A DNA stretch of 64,000 bases from an uncultured Chloroflexia bacterium (lineage in GTDB: Bacteria > Chloroflexota > Limnocylindria > Limnocylindrales > CSP1-4), in assembly GCA_963746845.1 (NCBI GenBank), contig CAVVCZ010000004.1, positions 640,001 through 704,000 on the forward strand. Direction: 5' to 3'. How positions within the stretch are numbered: the first letter of the stretch is position 1; the number at the start of each line of letters is the position of its first letter. A model generated the notes under the pieces. It had not been told where the DNA came from and did not search any database. It was given only the letters and a program-made list of their open reading frames with translations. This document shows, in pieces, positions 9,211-18,755 of this stretch. The position numbers and the translations under genes are program-made.

Positions 9211-9716
9211 GGACGGCTCGCCCCCAGGGCCGGGGGCACCGCGTCCCCGCGCTCAGGTCGGTCGAGGACCGCCTCGAGCTGCGGCTGGTGCTCGCGCTTG
9301 TGGCCGTACATCGAGTACACGAGCAGGTCGTCCATCGCGTACTGGGGTCCGTACCACGGGATCGTCCCGACCGCCGTCCAGCGCTCGCCCGGGACCCGCT
9401 CGGCGAGCGCCATGACCCGAACGACGGCGGCGCGGTACTCGGCCACGACGCGGTCCACGGGCCAGTCGGTCCGGATCGCCGCCTGGTCATCGTTGAAGGT
9501 CGCCGTGTTGGCGGCCATCAGGGCGGACACGTCGGCGTCCCCCAGGAACCAGGCGAGGCAGTCCCCGAACCGGACCTCGAACACGCCCAGGTGCCCGACG
9601 AGGTCCTTCGTCGTCCAGACGCCGAGCGCGATCGCCGGCCAGTCGTCCGGCCGCAGCCGGTCGATCAGCCGGTCGATGTCGCGCTGGCCGTAGCGCAGGA
9701 CGTCGATCGGGTTCAC
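9207..9716 (-). CDS. DinB/YfiT superfamily protein
   Basis: WTTKDLVGHL and C-terminal HKREH; GTGA overlaps with both neighbours. Confidence 0.75.
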   Translation of the reverse strand: MNPIDVLRYGQRDIDRLIDRLRPDDWPAIALGVWTTKDLVGHLGVFEVRFGDCLAWFLGDADVSALMAANTATFNDDQAAIRTDWPVDRVVAEYRAAVVRVMALAERVPGERWTAVGTIPWYGPQYAMDDLLVYSMYGHKREHQPQLEAVLDRPERGDAVPPALGASRP

Positions 9717-11401
9717 GACGTCGCCACGGCGCCGGCGGTCGTCAGGCGGGCGTCGACCCAGGAGCGGATGGCGCGGTCGAGGACGGGCAGCGGCATCAGC
9801 CCGGACCCGAGCACCGTGTCGTGGAAGCCCTTGATGTCGAACGACGACCCGAGGGCGGCCTCCGCATCGCGGCGCATCCGCTGGATCTCGAGCCGCCCGA
9901 TCATGTAGGCAAGGGCCTGGCCCGGGGTCACCGCGTACCGATCGATCTCCGGCACGATCTGGCTCTCGCGCATCGGTGAGTTCTCGGTCATGTACGCGAT
10001 CGCCCGCCCCCGGCTCCAGCCCATCGCGTGCATCCCGGTGTCGACCACGAGCCGGCAGGCACGCATCGAATCGGCCTCCAGCATGCCCATCCGGTCGAGG
10101 GGCGTGCCGTACAGGCCCATCTCGTCGGCGAGCCGCTCCGTGTACAGGCCCCAGCCCTCGCCGTAGGCCGCGATGAAGGCGCGCTTGCGGAACTCGGGGA
10201 TGCCCGTCAGCTCCATCGAGATCGCCAGCTGGAGGTGATGCCCCGGGATGCCCTCGTGGTACGACGTCGCCTCGATCTGGTAGCGCCCCCAGCCGGTGGG
10301 ATCGCTCGTGTTCATGAAGAACACGCCGCCGCGCGACCCGTCCCTCGTGGGCGGAAAGTAGAAGGCGATGGCGCCGGTCTTCGTCTCCTCGACGTCGCAT
10401 GCGGCCTTCGGGAGGATCCCGAACCAGTCGCCCATCGCCGCGGCCGCCTTCGCCATCGCCGCCTTCGACGCGGCGACGATGTCCGGGCCGTTCGTGTGGT
10501 GGAGCGCGGGGTCCTCGCGCAAGCGGCGGAAGATCTCGGGCACGTCGTCGGTTCCGAGGACCTGGCGGCCGAGGACGCGATACTCGCCCGCGAGCTTCTC
10601 GACCTGCCGGAGCCCGATCTCGTGGATCTCCTGCGCGGTCAGGTCGAGGGTCGTGTGGTACTTGATCATCCGGTCGTACACGTCGTCGCCGTCGGCGAGC
10701 CACGTGAGCCCGACGTGGTCGTCGTCGCGGGCGTGGGGCCGGACCCGATCGCGGATCGTGTCGCGATAGGCGGCCATCGCGGGGCGGACGTCCGTGGCGA
10801 TGACGTCGCGGATCCGGGCACGCCAGGCGTCGACGTCGGCGACGCCGGTCGGCTCGTCCGTGTGGAGGAGCGGGTCGTCGTCCATCGGCAGGGCGAGCCA
10901 TCGGTCGATCTGCTCGACCGTGTCGTCGATCGCGAACGCGGCCGGCGTCCGGTTCCGGTCCACACCGACGAGCAGCTGGTCGCTCATGTCCCGGAAGTTC
11001 GTCGCCATCCCGTGGACCTTGGGGATCATCGCCTCGGCGACCTCGGCGTTCGGGATCGGGAACTTCGGCATCCGGACCGGCAGGCCGGCCTGCTGTCCGA
11101 AGATCGGGTCGACCCCGAACTCCCCGAGGTGCGCGTCGAGGACCGACGCATTGCGCCGACCGTCGAAGACGAGCATCTCGCGGGTGATCGCGTCCTGGGC
11201 GGAGAGCCCGGCGGGATCGATCGCCTCCGCACGCGCGGCAAAGGCGAGACGTCGCGCCATCTCGGCGTCCTCGCCGGCGCGACTGGCGTCGTCGAACAGG
11301 TCGACGTGCTCGTAGTTCCCCATCATGTGGCCCCAGCTGGGCCACGCCTCGAGGAGGAACTCGAAGTACTCCTGGGCGAGGGCGTTGACGTCGTCGGCCA
11401 C
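9713..11401 (-). CDS. DUF885 family putative metallopeptidase
   Basis: HEGIPGHHLQ, EGWGLYTE, RACRLVVDTGMH, EIDRY, PGQALAYMIG. Confidence 0.9.
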   Translation of the reverse strand: MADDVNALAQEYFEFLLEAWPSWGHMMGNYEHVDLFDDASRAGEDAEMARRLAFAARAEAIDPAGLSAQDAITREMLVFDGRRNASVLDAHLGEFGVDPIFGQQAGLPVRMPKFPIPNAEVAEAMIPKVHGMATNFRDMSDQLLVGVDRNRTPAAFAIDDTVEQIDRWLALPMDDDPLLHTDEPTGVADVDAWRARIRDVIATDVRPAMAAYRDTIRDRVRPHARDDDHVGLTWLADGDDVYDRMIKYHTTLDLTAQEIHEIGLRQVEKLAGEYRVLGRQVLGTDDVPEIFRRLREDPALHHTNGPDIVAASKAAMAKAAAAMGDWFGILPKAACDVEETKTGAIAFYFPPTRDGSRGGVFFMNTSDPTGWGRYQIEATSYHEGIPGHHLQLAISMELTGIPEFRKRAFIAAYGEGWGLYTERLADEMGLYGTPLDRMGMLEADSMRACRLVVDTGMHAMGWSRGRAIAYMTENSPMRESQIVPEIDRYAVTPGQALAYMIGRLEIQRMRRDAEAALGSSFDIKGFHDTVLGSGLMPLPVLDRAIRSWVDARLTTAGAVATS

Positions 11402-11499
11402 GACCGAACCTCCGTTGCGGGACCGCGGGTCTGTTGCGACCGATGCTAGCGGTCGGCATCGCCTTGCGGGCCGGGGTTCGTCCCCGCCACACTGGATGG

Positions 11500-12012
11500 G
11501 TGACCGGTCCGGCGCCCATTCCGCTCGTCGAGCAGCTGCGGTTCACCCGCGCCGAGTTCCGGCGCGGGCTGCGTGGGACGCCCGACGCCGACGGCCTCCG
11601 TCGCCTCGAGCCGATGAACTCGATCGGCTGGATCGTCGCCCACATGGCGTGGCACGAGCAGCGCTACTGGCTGACCCGCGCCCAGGACCTGACGCCTCAG
11701 CCGGAGCTCAACGAGATCGCCCGCAACGGCGGCCCGCCGACGACGCCGCCCCTGCGCTCGATGCTGGCCGCCTGGAAGGTCGTCACCGAGGCCGCCGATC
11801 CGTGGCTCGACGAGCTGACCGCGGCGGATCTGGTCCAGCCCCTCCGCGGCTCCGGGCCACAGCGGGTCATCGGATCCGCGCTCCAGCGGGTGACCTATCA
11901 CTACTGGTTCCACACCGGCGAGATCCTCGCGATCCGCCAGGTCCTGGGGCATCCGCGGCTCCCGGAGTTCGTCGGCAACATCGACGACGAAGCGCCGTAC
12001 CGCCCGGGCTGA
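11500..12012 (+). CDS. DinB family protein
   Basis: MNSIGWIVAHMAWHE, YHYWFHTGE; CACACT -10 box 6 nt before the GTG. Confidence 0.8.
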   Translation: MTGPAPIPLVEQLRFTRAEFRRGLRGTPDADGLRRLEPMNSIGWIVAHMAWHEQRYWLTRAQDLTPQPELNEIARNGGPPTTPPLRSMLAAWKVVTEAADPWLDELTAADLVQPLRGSGPQRVIGSALQRVTYHYWFHTGEILAIRQVLGHPRLPEFVGNIDDEAPYRPG

Positions 12013-12013
12013 C

Positions 12014-12955
12014 GTGCCCCGCACGCGAATTCCGGAGGACGTCCTGACGCTGGCCCACCAGCGTGCGGCCGCGCGTGCCGCGCGGGACTGGCCGGCGGCC
12101 GACCGGCTCCGCGCAGAGATCGAAGCGGCCGGCTGGAAGGTCGTCGACCGGGGCACCGACTTCGCGCTCGAGCCGGCCCATCCCCCGACCGTGGAGGCCG
12201 ACGGGGCGACGCTCTACGGGTCCAGCGAGGCCGTCCCGTCGCGGCTCGCCGACCCGGACGCAGGCGTCGCCTCGGTCGTCCTCGTGGCGACGGACTGGCC
12301 GGCCGACCTGACCCGCGCGCTCGCGGGGGTGCGCTCAGGGCTCCCCGCGGGGGTCTCGATCGTCGTGGTCGCCGACGGGCCCTCGCCGGACCAGGCGGAG
12401 GCCCTGCGGGACGATGTTGCCGACCTCGAGGTCGTCCGGACCAGCGAACGGCTCGGCACCGGAGCGGCCTGGAACATCGGCATCCAGCGGTCGCAGGGAC
12501 CCGTCGTCGTCATCCTCGACACGTCGATCGAGCCACTCGGCGATGTCGTCACGCCCCTCGTCGCGGCGCTCGACGACCCATCCGTCGCCGTCGCGGGCGG
12601 CTTCGGGATCGTGAGCCCGGACCTGCGGCGGTTCGAGGACGCGCCGCCCGGCGAGGTCACCGCGATCGAGGGGTACGCGATCGCGTTCCGGCGTGCGGAC
12701 GCGGCCGACCGCGGCCCGATCGACGAACGGTTCCGGTTCTACCGCAACCTCGACATCTGGTGGAGCCTCGTGCTCCGCGACGCGGGGGAGGAGGAGCAGC
12801 CGCGACGGGCCGTCTCCGTCCCGCTGCCGGCCACGCGTCACGAGCATCGGGGGTGGACGTCCGTGCCGGACGCAGAGCGCGACCGGCTCAGCAAACGCAA
12901 CTTCTACCGGATCATCGACCGCTTCGGTCCCCGCCTGGACCTGGCGACCGGCTGA
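12014..12955 (+). CDS. family 2 glycosyltransferase with an N-terminal CysRS C-terminal-like domain
   Basis: N-terminus RAAARAARDWPAADRLRAEIEAAGWKVVD; GT2 elements VVVADG, AWNIG, VVILDTS, DERFRFYRNLD. Confidence 0.75.
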   Translation: MPRTRIPEDVLTLAHQRAAARAARDWPAADRLRAEIEAAGWKVVDRGTDFALEPAHPPTVEADGATLYGSSEAVPSRLADPDAGVASVVLVATDWPADLTRALAGVRSGLPAGVSIVVVADGPSPDQAEALRDDVADLEVVRTSERLGTGAAWNIGIQRSQGPVVVILDTSIEPLGDVVTPLVAALDDPSVAVAGGFGIVSPDLRRFEDAPPGEVTAIEGYAIAFRRADAADRGPIDERFRFYRNLDIWWSLVLRDAGEEEQPRRAVSVPLPATRHEHRGWTSVPDAERDRLSKRNFYRIIDRFGPRLDLATG

Positions 12956-14491
12956 TCAGCGGGGCCGCGCCGTCTGGCCGTCCGGCCCGTCGATCACCTC
13001 GAAGCCGAGCTCGGCGATCTCCGTGCGGAGGCGATCCGCGGTCGCGAAGTCCCGGGTCGCGCGGGCCGCGTCGCGCTCACGGAGCAGGCCGGTCACCTGA
13101 TCGGGGAGGGGCGCCTCGACGGCCGCCAGCGGCACACGATCCAGGTCCAGCCCCAGCACGGCATCCGCGTCCAGGACGAGCCAGCGCCGCTCGTCCGCCG
13201 GCAGGTCCGAGCGCAAGGTCTCGCGGACGACCGCGAGCGCGGTCGGCAGGTCGAGATCGTCATCCAGGGCGGTGACGAATCGGTCATGGAACGCTCGTCC
13301 GGCCGCCGAGAGCGGCGCGGCCGGCGCATCGGCGCGGTCGGTCGGCTCGGGACCGTCACCATCGCCATTCCCGGCCACGCCACGTGCCGTCCCCACGGGT
13401 CGATCGGCCGCCGCCCCGGCGTGGAGCGCGGGCGGCGCTGCCCACGGCCCTTCGGCGGGCGCCGGCCCAAGCGCCGCCAGGCCGGACCGCAGAGAGGCGA
13501 GCCCGGCGCCCGCCGCGGCGAGCGACTCATCGGTGTACTCCAGCTTGTGCCGGTAGCGCGACGTCAGGCACAGGTACCGAAAGGCGAGCGGATCGACGCC
13601 GCGCGCCGCCACGTCCGCGATCCGCTCGATGTTGCCGGCCGATTTGGCCATCTTCTTCCCGCCGACCTGGAGGAACTCGCCGTGGACCCAGACCCGCGCG
13701 GGCGGTCCGCCGACGATCGGCGCCGACTGGGCGATCTCGTCTTCGTGGTGGGGGAACACGTTGTCGATCCCGCCGCTGTGCAGGTCGAACCGCGGGCCCA
13801 GGTGCCGGAGCGCCATCGCCGAGCATTCGAGGTGCCAGCCGGGGAAGCCCTCGCCCCAGCGTGGCGTCGGCCACTTCAGCTGACGACCCTCGCCGGCGGC
13901 CTTCCACAGGGCGAAGTCGGCCGGGTCGCGCTTGTCGCCCTCGATCTCGCCGCGATGGCCCGCCCGGAGCGCGTCGAGGGTGTTGCCGGACAGGGCGCCG
14001 TACGACGGGAACGACGCGACCGCGTAGTACACGTTGCCCGCATCGCTGACGTAGGCGTGGCCGGCGTCGACCAGGCGCTCGGCGAGGTCGACCATCTCCG
14101 GGATGTGCTCGGTCGCGCGCGGGAAGACGTGCGCCGGCAGCAGGTTGAGCAGCGCGGCGTCCGCGTGGAACGCCGCCTCGTACGCGTCCGCGATCTCGGC
14201 GGTCGTCTTGTGCTCGAGCCCGGCCGCGACGAGCATCCGGTCCTCGCCCCGATCGAACCGCTCGTCCCGGAGATGGCCGACGTCCGTGATGTTCTGGACG
14301 TGGAGGACGGGGATGCCGTGGTACAGCACGACCCGGCGGATGAGGTCGGCGAGAAGGAACGTGCGGAGGTTGCCGACGTGGGCGAACCGGTAGACCGTCG
14401 GGCCGCACGAGTACATCCGGAGCCGCTCGCCGTCGGCCGGCTCGACCGGATCGAGCGATCGCGTCAACGTGTTGCGCAGCCGGAGGGTCAT
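12956..14491 (-). CDS. cysS: cysteine--tRNA ligase
   Basis: CGPTVY, HVGN, NITDVGH, DFALWK, PGWHLECSAM, FPHHEDE, KMAKS; C-terminal RDFATADRLR domain. Confidence 0.93.
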   Translation of the reverse strand: MTLRLRNTLTRSLDPVEPADGERLRMYSCGPTVYRFAHVGNLRTFLLADLIRRVVLYHGIPVLHVQNITDVGHLRDERFDRGEDRMLVAAGLEHKTTAEIADAYEAAFHADAALLNLLPAHVFPRATEHIPEMVDLAERLVDAGHAYVSDAGNVYYAVASFPSYGALSGNTLDALRAGHRGEIEGDKRDPADFALWKAAGEGRQLKWPTPRWGEGFPGWHLECSAMALRHLGPRFDLHSGGIDNVFPHHEDEIAQSAPIVGGPPARVWVHGEFLQVGGKKMAKSAGNIERIADVAARGVDPLAFRYLCLTSRYRHKLEYTDESLAAAGAGLASLRSGLAALGPAPAEGPWAAPPALHAGAAADRPVGTARGVAGNGDGDGPEPTDRADAPAAPLSAAGRAFHDRFVTALDDDLDLPTALAVVRETLRSDLPADERRWLVLDADAVLGLDLDRVPLAAVEAPLPDQVTGLLRERDAARATRDFATADRLRTEIAELGFEVIDGPDGQTARPR

Positions 14492-14546
14492 GGGCGTGGA
14501 TTCTGCCCCAGGGGGCCGGATCGGGGGGCCACCATATACTCCCGCC

Positions 14547-14720
14547 ATGCGCCGCTGGGTCTGTATCGTCGCCCTCCTCGCCGGGTTCGCCGGCGACGAT
14601 TACGTTCGTGGCGCGCGCCTCCGTGACCCCGTTGCCGTCGAGCGCCTGATCGATCCGCGCAGGTCCGGGACCCGTGGATGGACGCCGACGGAGGCGTGGT
14701 GGTCGCGAACGCGCGGATGA
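14547..14720 (+). CDS. putative leaderless 57-aa uORF coupled to the SBP gene
   Basis: TATACT at 14535-14540, 6 nt before the ATG; its stop overlaps the next ATG (ATGA). Confidence 0.35.
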   Translation: MRRWVCIVALLAGFAGDDYVRGARLRDPVAVERLIDPRRSGTRGWTPTEAWWSRTRG

Positions 14721-16363
14721 CCCTGGGCGGCCGCGACGCACGCCCGGCCACCCGATCCGAACGACCATCCCCGGCCCGCCGTCGACGTCGACGCGTGGGT
14801 CCGGCGCTGGTCGGCCTGCTCGTGGCCGTCCAGGTGCTGCTCGCGCCGGCCCCGCCGCCGTTCGGCGCGCCGGCGGTCCATGCCGCGACGGACGATCCCG
14901 TGCGGATCCTGCTCGGCAAGGCCGACTCGCTCGATCCGGCGAAGCAGGGCGACATCGGCAGCGCCGCCGTGTCGGCCCAGCTGTTCGAGAGCCTGACCGC
15001 GATCGACGCCGGGCTCCAGACCCGCCCCGCCCTGGCGGCGTCCTGGGAGTTCCGGGACGGCGGCTCGACCGTCGTCTTCCATCTCCGCCCCGATCTCGCG
15101 TTCAGCGACGGCACGCCGCTCACGGCCGCGGACGTGGTCCGGAGCTGGCTGCGCATCGTCGACCCGGCCGATCCGTCCCCGCTCGTGAGCCTGATGGGCG
15201 ACGTCGACGGCGCGCTCGCCTACGCCCATGGCCAGACCGCCGATCCCGCGTCGGTCGGTCTGTCGGCCAGTGGCGGCGACGTCGTGGTCCGGCTGGACCG
15301 GCCCGCGAGCGACTTCCCGACGATCGTCGCGTCGCCGACGTTCGGGATCGTCCCGCCCGGGATCGACACCTCGCCGAGCACGCTCGAGCCGGGCTCGAGA
15401 TTCGTCGGGAGCGGTGGCTATGTGATGACCCGCTCGGACGATACGAGCTCGACGCTGACGGCCAACGACCACTACTGGGCGGGCCGCCCGGCGATCGGGA
15501 CGATCGAGCTCGTGCATGACATCGGCGGGCGGAGCTCCGTGACGGCGTTCGAGGACGGCGACATCGACCTCGCCGATGTCTCGTCGTTCGACGCGTCGTG
15601 GATCGCCTACGACGCCGCCCTCGGGCCGCAGCTCCGTCGATCGGACGGCCTGTCCCTGCGCTACTACGGGTTCGACACCTCCCGTCCACCGTTCGACGAC
15701 ATCCGGGTCCGCCAGGCCTTCGCGGGCGCGGTCGACTGGCGGCGGCTGATCAGCCTGACGTCCGCGGGCACGAGCACCCCCGCCACCGGCATGGTGCCGC
15801 CGGGAATTCCCGGCCGGAGCGACGCGGACTTCCTCCCGGTCCACGACCCGGACGCCGCACGGGCCCTTCTGTCCGCAGCGGGCTACCCGGGCGGAAAGGG
15901 GTTCCCGACGACCGTCCTGCTCGGCGGCGGTCCGGAGGACCGAGCCTTCGCATCCGAGATCCAGCGCGAGCTCGGCGTCACGATCGACGTCGAGGTCCAG
16001 GGCGACGGGTTCTTCGACCGGCTGGAGAGCGATCCACCCCAGATCTTCTCGATGGGCTGGATCGCCGACTATCCGGGACCGAACGACTTCCTCGGGATCC
16101 TGCTCGGGACGGGGGCGTCGAACAACTACGGCCGCTGGTCGTCGCCGGCGTTCGACGGCGCGATCTCGGACGCGCTCACGGCGCGCGATCCGGCGGTCAC
16201 CCGCGCCGCGTTCGACCGGGCCGAGACGATCATCCGGGACGATGCGCCCGCGATCCCCCTGACGTACGACGTCGAATGGCTGCTGGCCCGACGGGGGCTG
16301 CTCGGCGCCTACGCGAACGGGCTCGGGGTCATCCGCATGGCGGGGCTCGCGTGGACCAGCTGA
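14717..16363 (+). CDS. ABC transporter substrate-binding protein, peptide/nickel family 5
   Basis: SLDPA, LFESL, PALAASW, FSDGTPLTAADV, PFDDIRVRQAFA, GWIADYP. Confidence 0.88.
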   Translation: MTLGGRDARPATRSERPSPARRRRRRVGPALVGLLVAVQVLLAPAPPPFGAPAVHAATDDPVRILLGKADSLDPAKQGDIGSAAVSAQLFESLTAIDAGLQTRPALAASWEFRDGGSTVVFHLRPDLAFSDGTPLTAADVVRSWLRIVDPADPSPLVSLMGDVDGALAYAHGQTADPASVGLSASGGDVVVRLDRPASDFPTIVASPTFGIVPPGIDTSPSTLEPGSRFVGSGGYVMTRSDDTSSTLTANDHYWAGRPAIGTIELVHDIGGRSSVTAFEDGDIDLADVSSFDASWIAYDAALGPQLRRSDGLSLRYYGFDTSRPPFDDIRVRQAFAGAVDWRRLISLTSAGTSTPATGMVPPGIPGRSDADFLPVHDPDAARALLSAAGYPGGKGFPTTVLLGGGPEDRAFASEIQRELGVTIDVEVQGDGFFDRLESDPPQIFSMGWIADYPGPNDFLGILLGTGASNNYGRWSSPAFDGAISDALTARDPAVTRAAFDRAETIIRDDAPAIPLTYDVEWLLARRGLLGAYANGLGVIRMAGLAWTS

Positions 16364-17958
16364 TGCCGCGCCCGGTCATCGTGCGTCGGGTCCGGGCGGT
16401 CGCCGACGTGGTGCTCGGGCTCGTCGGGGTCGTCGCGCTCGCGGGGCCGGTCGTCGCCGCCGATCCCGTCACCTTCGGCACGCCGACGGCGACCTCGAAG
16501 TTCGGCAGCGGGGTCGACTTCAACCAGCCCGCGACCCTGCCCGGGGACGTCGAGCGGGTCGAGATCCTCATCTCGGCGCCGGGCAACGTCGGTCCCGAGG
16601 TCGCTCCGGTCGAGACGCCGCCGGCCGGCGCGACGACCCTCCATCACCACCTCGACGCGTCCGCCGGGCAGTTCGTGCCGAACACGACGTTCACGGCGCA
16701 ATGGCGGGTCGTGCTCCACGATGGCACGCCGGTCCTCGGACCGGTCATCCGCCGGACGTACGCCGACGATCGGTTCGACTGGAAGACGCTCGAGGGCGAC
16801 GTCGTCCGGGTCCACTGGTCGCAGGGCGGCCAGGACTTCGGCCAGCGGGCCCTGAAGATCGGCGACGACGCGGTGAAGAAGACCGCGGCGCTGCTCGGCG
16901 TGACCGAGACGGAGCCGATCGACTTCTTCATCTACGCCGACCAGGCGTCGTTCTACGATGCGCTCGGGCCGTCGACGCGCGAGAACGTGGGCGGGCAGGC
17001 GCATCCCGACATCCGGACGCTGTTCGCGCTGATCACGCCGGCCGACATCGACGCGGCGTGGGTCGAGAGCGTCGTCCCGCACGAGCTGACCCACGTCGTG
17101 TTCCAGACGGCCGTCGACAACCCGTACCACGACCCGCCGCACTGGCTGAACGAGGGGCTTGCCGTCTACGAATCGGACGGCTACCAGGACTCGGACCGGC
17201 AGCAGATCCAGGCGGCCGCGAAGGACGGCTCGCTCATCCCGCTCGACGGCCTGTCCGGCGCCTTCCCGACGAGTCGTGACCGGTTCTTCCTCGCCTACGC
17301 GGAGAGCGTCTCGGCGGTGGACCGGATCGTCCGGGCGAACGGGCGGGCCGCGCTCGTCGCCCTGATCCGCTCGTACCATGACGGCGTTTCCGACGATGAG
17401 GCGTTCCAGAGCGCCCTCGGGGAGGACGTGGCGACGTTCGAACGGGACTGGCTGGCGGAGCTCCACGCGACGGCGCCGGCGCGGCTCGGGCCGCGTGCGG
17501 CACCCGCCGGTCCGCTGCCCGAGGGGTGGACCGGTCCGCAGCCGAACCCCTCGTTCGACGTGCTCGGCACGGAGCCACCCCAGCCCCCCGGCGCGCCGCG
17601 GCCGCACGGTCTCTCCGACGACCCGGCCGCCGGCTGGCTTGCCGCGTCGGCGAGCGTCCTCGGGGTCGTCCTGGTCGGCGTGCTGGCGATCCTCGCGACG
17701 ATGCGGTTCCGGCGCCGCGGCGAGACCAGCCCCGAGGCGGGCTGGAACCGGGTGTGGGGCCGGCCGGTGATCACCGATGAGCCGCTCGGGACGGAGCCGG
17801 CCGGGGCGGCGCCCGAAGCCGGCATTCCGACCGAGCTCGCGCCGGACACGGACCAGGACCCGATGCAGGGCATCCACTTCGGGCCCGGCCGGACGGACGA
17901 GGACGACGCCGGCGCGGACCTCCCGGACCGCGCGCCGCCGGAGGCCGGGCCGCGATGA
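16363..17958 (+). CDS. peptidase MA-like zinc metallopeptidase, secreted with C-terminal TM anchor
   Basis: Signal-like N-terminus, HELTH...WLNEGLA, AYAES, C-terminal TM followed by RFRRR. Confidence 0.85.
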   Translation: MPRPVIVRRVRAVADVVLGLVGVVALAGPVVAADPVTFGTPTATSKFGSGVDFNQPATLPGDVERVEILISAPGNVGPEVAPVETPPAGATTLHHHLDASAGQFVPNTTFTAQWRVVLHDGTPVLGPVIRRTYADDRFDWKTLEGDVVRVHWSQGGQDFGQRALKIGDDAVKKTAALLGVTETEPIDFFIYADQASFYDALGPSTRENVGGQAHPDIRTLFALITPADIDAAWVESVVPHELTHVVFQTAVDNPYHDPPHWLNEGLAVYESDGYQDSDRQQIQAAAKDGSLIPLDGLSGAFPTSRDRFFLAYAESVSAVDRIVRANGRAALVALIRSYHDGVSDDEAFQSALGEDVATFERDWLAELHATAPARLGPRAAPAGPLPEGWTGPQPNPSFDVLGTEPPQPPGAPRPHGLSDDPAAGWLAASASVLGVVLVGVLAILATMRFRRRGETSPEAGWNRVWGRPVITDEPLGTEPAGAAPEAGIPTELAPDTDQDPMQGIHFGPGRTDEDDAGADLPDRAPPEAGPR

Positions 17959-18755
17959 CGGCGCTCGGTCGTCGCCTGCGGACGATCCCCACCTGGCAGG
18001 TCACGCTCGGCGGGGCGCTGCTCGTGCTCGGCTTCCTGATCGCGGCCCAGCTCGCAGCCGAGGGCCCGCGGATCCGGTACACGAGCCAGGAGCGCACGCC
18101 GCTCGTCGAGGCCGCCCTGTCCCTCCAGGCGCAGCAGGACGAGCTCAAGGACCAGATCGTGGCGCTGCGGACGTCGATCCAGGCGATCGAGCAGGACAGC
18201 GCCGGGTCGCAGGCCGCGCTCCGGACGCTGAACGACCAGCTCGAGCAGGCCCGGATCGCGGCCGGGCTGATCCCGATGACCGGCAGCGGGATCGTCCTCA
18301 AGCTCGAGGATTCCAACGAGCCGGTCCCGCCGGACGGGAACGCCGCCGACTATCTCGTGGGCGCCGCCGATCTTCGGGCGGTGGTCGACGACCTGTGGCT
18401 CTCGGGCGCCGAGGCGATCGCGATCAATGACGAGCGGCTCACGACCTCGACCGCGATCATCGACATCGGCGGCTCCGTGCTCGTGAACGCGGCCTATCTG
18501 GCGGGTCCGTATCAGATCAGCGCGATCGGCCCGACGGACCTCTTCGCCAAGCTGTCCGCGTCACGCGGGTTCGAGGAGCTCGTTCGCACGCGCCGCGGCT
18601 CGTTCGGGATCGGGATCTCGTGGGCCGAGCCGGCGAGCGTGGACATCCCCGCCTTCGCCGGATCGGTGACGCTCCGCGAGTCGCGCGCCGTCGCGTCGCG
18701 ATCGGCGCCGCCGGCGCCGTCGCCGAGCACCTCCCCGTCGGCGACGAAGCCATGA
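17955..18755 (+). CDS. DUF881 domain protein
   Basis: TM plus coiled coil; AGLIPMTGSGIVLKLED, GAEAIAINDER, PYQISAIG. Confidence 0.88.
   Translation: MTALGRRLRTIPTWQVTLGGALLVLGFLIAAQLAAEGPRIRYTSQERTPLVEAALSLQAQQDELKDQIVALRTSIQAIEQDSAGSQAALRTLNDQLEQARIAAGLIPMTGSGIVLKLEDSNEPVPPDGNAADYLVGAADLRAVVDDLWLSGAEAIAINDERLTTSTAIIDIGGSVLVNAAYLAGPYQISAIGPTDLFAKLSASRGFEELVRTRRGSFGIGISWAEPASVDIPAFAGSVTLRESRAVASRSAPPAPSPSTSPSATKP

Noticed and set aside
12956-14491. MshC (mycothiol ligase) instead of CysRS
   Set aside because: It keeps the C-terminal anticodon-binding domain that MshC lacks.
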